The notes beneath the pieces are model-generated. The model was not told the origin of the DNA. It saw nothing but the letters and a program-made list of their open reading frames with translations, and searched no databases. The position numbers were made by a program, and so were the translations under genes. A stretch of DNA of 62,705 bases, counting the filler, from Asterionella formosa (taxonomy: Eukaryota): NCBI GenBank assembly GCA_002256025.1. It is 10 parts of 10 records of this genome, joined end to end, with 100 filler letters (N's around TTAATTAATTAA, not from the genome) between each part and the next. Parts side by side here need not be neighbours in the genome. Positions count along the whole stretch, not along the records: positions 56,533 to 62,705 come from NKIB01012801.1; 9 more parts are not named here. The stretch is one strand, 5' to 3'. Below are positions 62,578 to 62,705 of this stretch, piece by piece (positions within the stretch are counted from its first letter, which is position 1; each line of letters opens with the position of its first letter).

Positions 62578-62705
62578 CTTACTTAATGAAATAGTAAGGA
62601 TATTTGTGGTGTCTAATGTCATCCATCTGAGATCAAAGTTTTACGGTTGTACACATCACATGAAGAACTCACACTTACCGGTAAAAAAGCTCCCTCTTCC
62701 CAGTT

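Overview
Eukaryotic nuclear DNA, very probably from a diatom (inferred from CoDi-type Copia gags, an Ambal-like LINE relic, a signal-peptide aminopropyltransferase-SET fusion, a bipartite-type presequence and short GT-AG introns). The window is not one locus. It is ten unrelated ~6.2 kb scaffolds joined by artificial 100-bp N44-TTAATTAATTAA-N44 spacers, so synteny across spacers is meaningless. Host genes: CELF/Bruno RRM protein, proteasome RPN3, tRNA-Leu(AAG), mitochondrial carrier, D27-like carotene isomerase, two SAM methyltransferases, an ARM/TPR protein, an AMT1 ammonium transporter, a Kir-like K+ channel, a SMYD-like SET protein, a START/cyclase protein and a putative long-chain-polyamine aminopropyltransferase-SET fusion with a degenerate dcSAM-binding loop. 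The rest is transposon-rich. It includes a Kolobok DNA transposon carrying a KolX/P2X7-ballast-like gene and interrupted by a Copia element, a non-autonomous Kolobok relative, two solo LTRs with 6-bp TSDs just upstream of start codons, two PIF/Harbinger MITEs, a Helitron-like 188-bp repeat family, Copia gag/RNaseH fragments and a LINE relic. Intergenic DNA is visibly rich in GGTACC/TACCGGTA palindromes. All family assignments are from motif recognition by eye, and no database searches were run.
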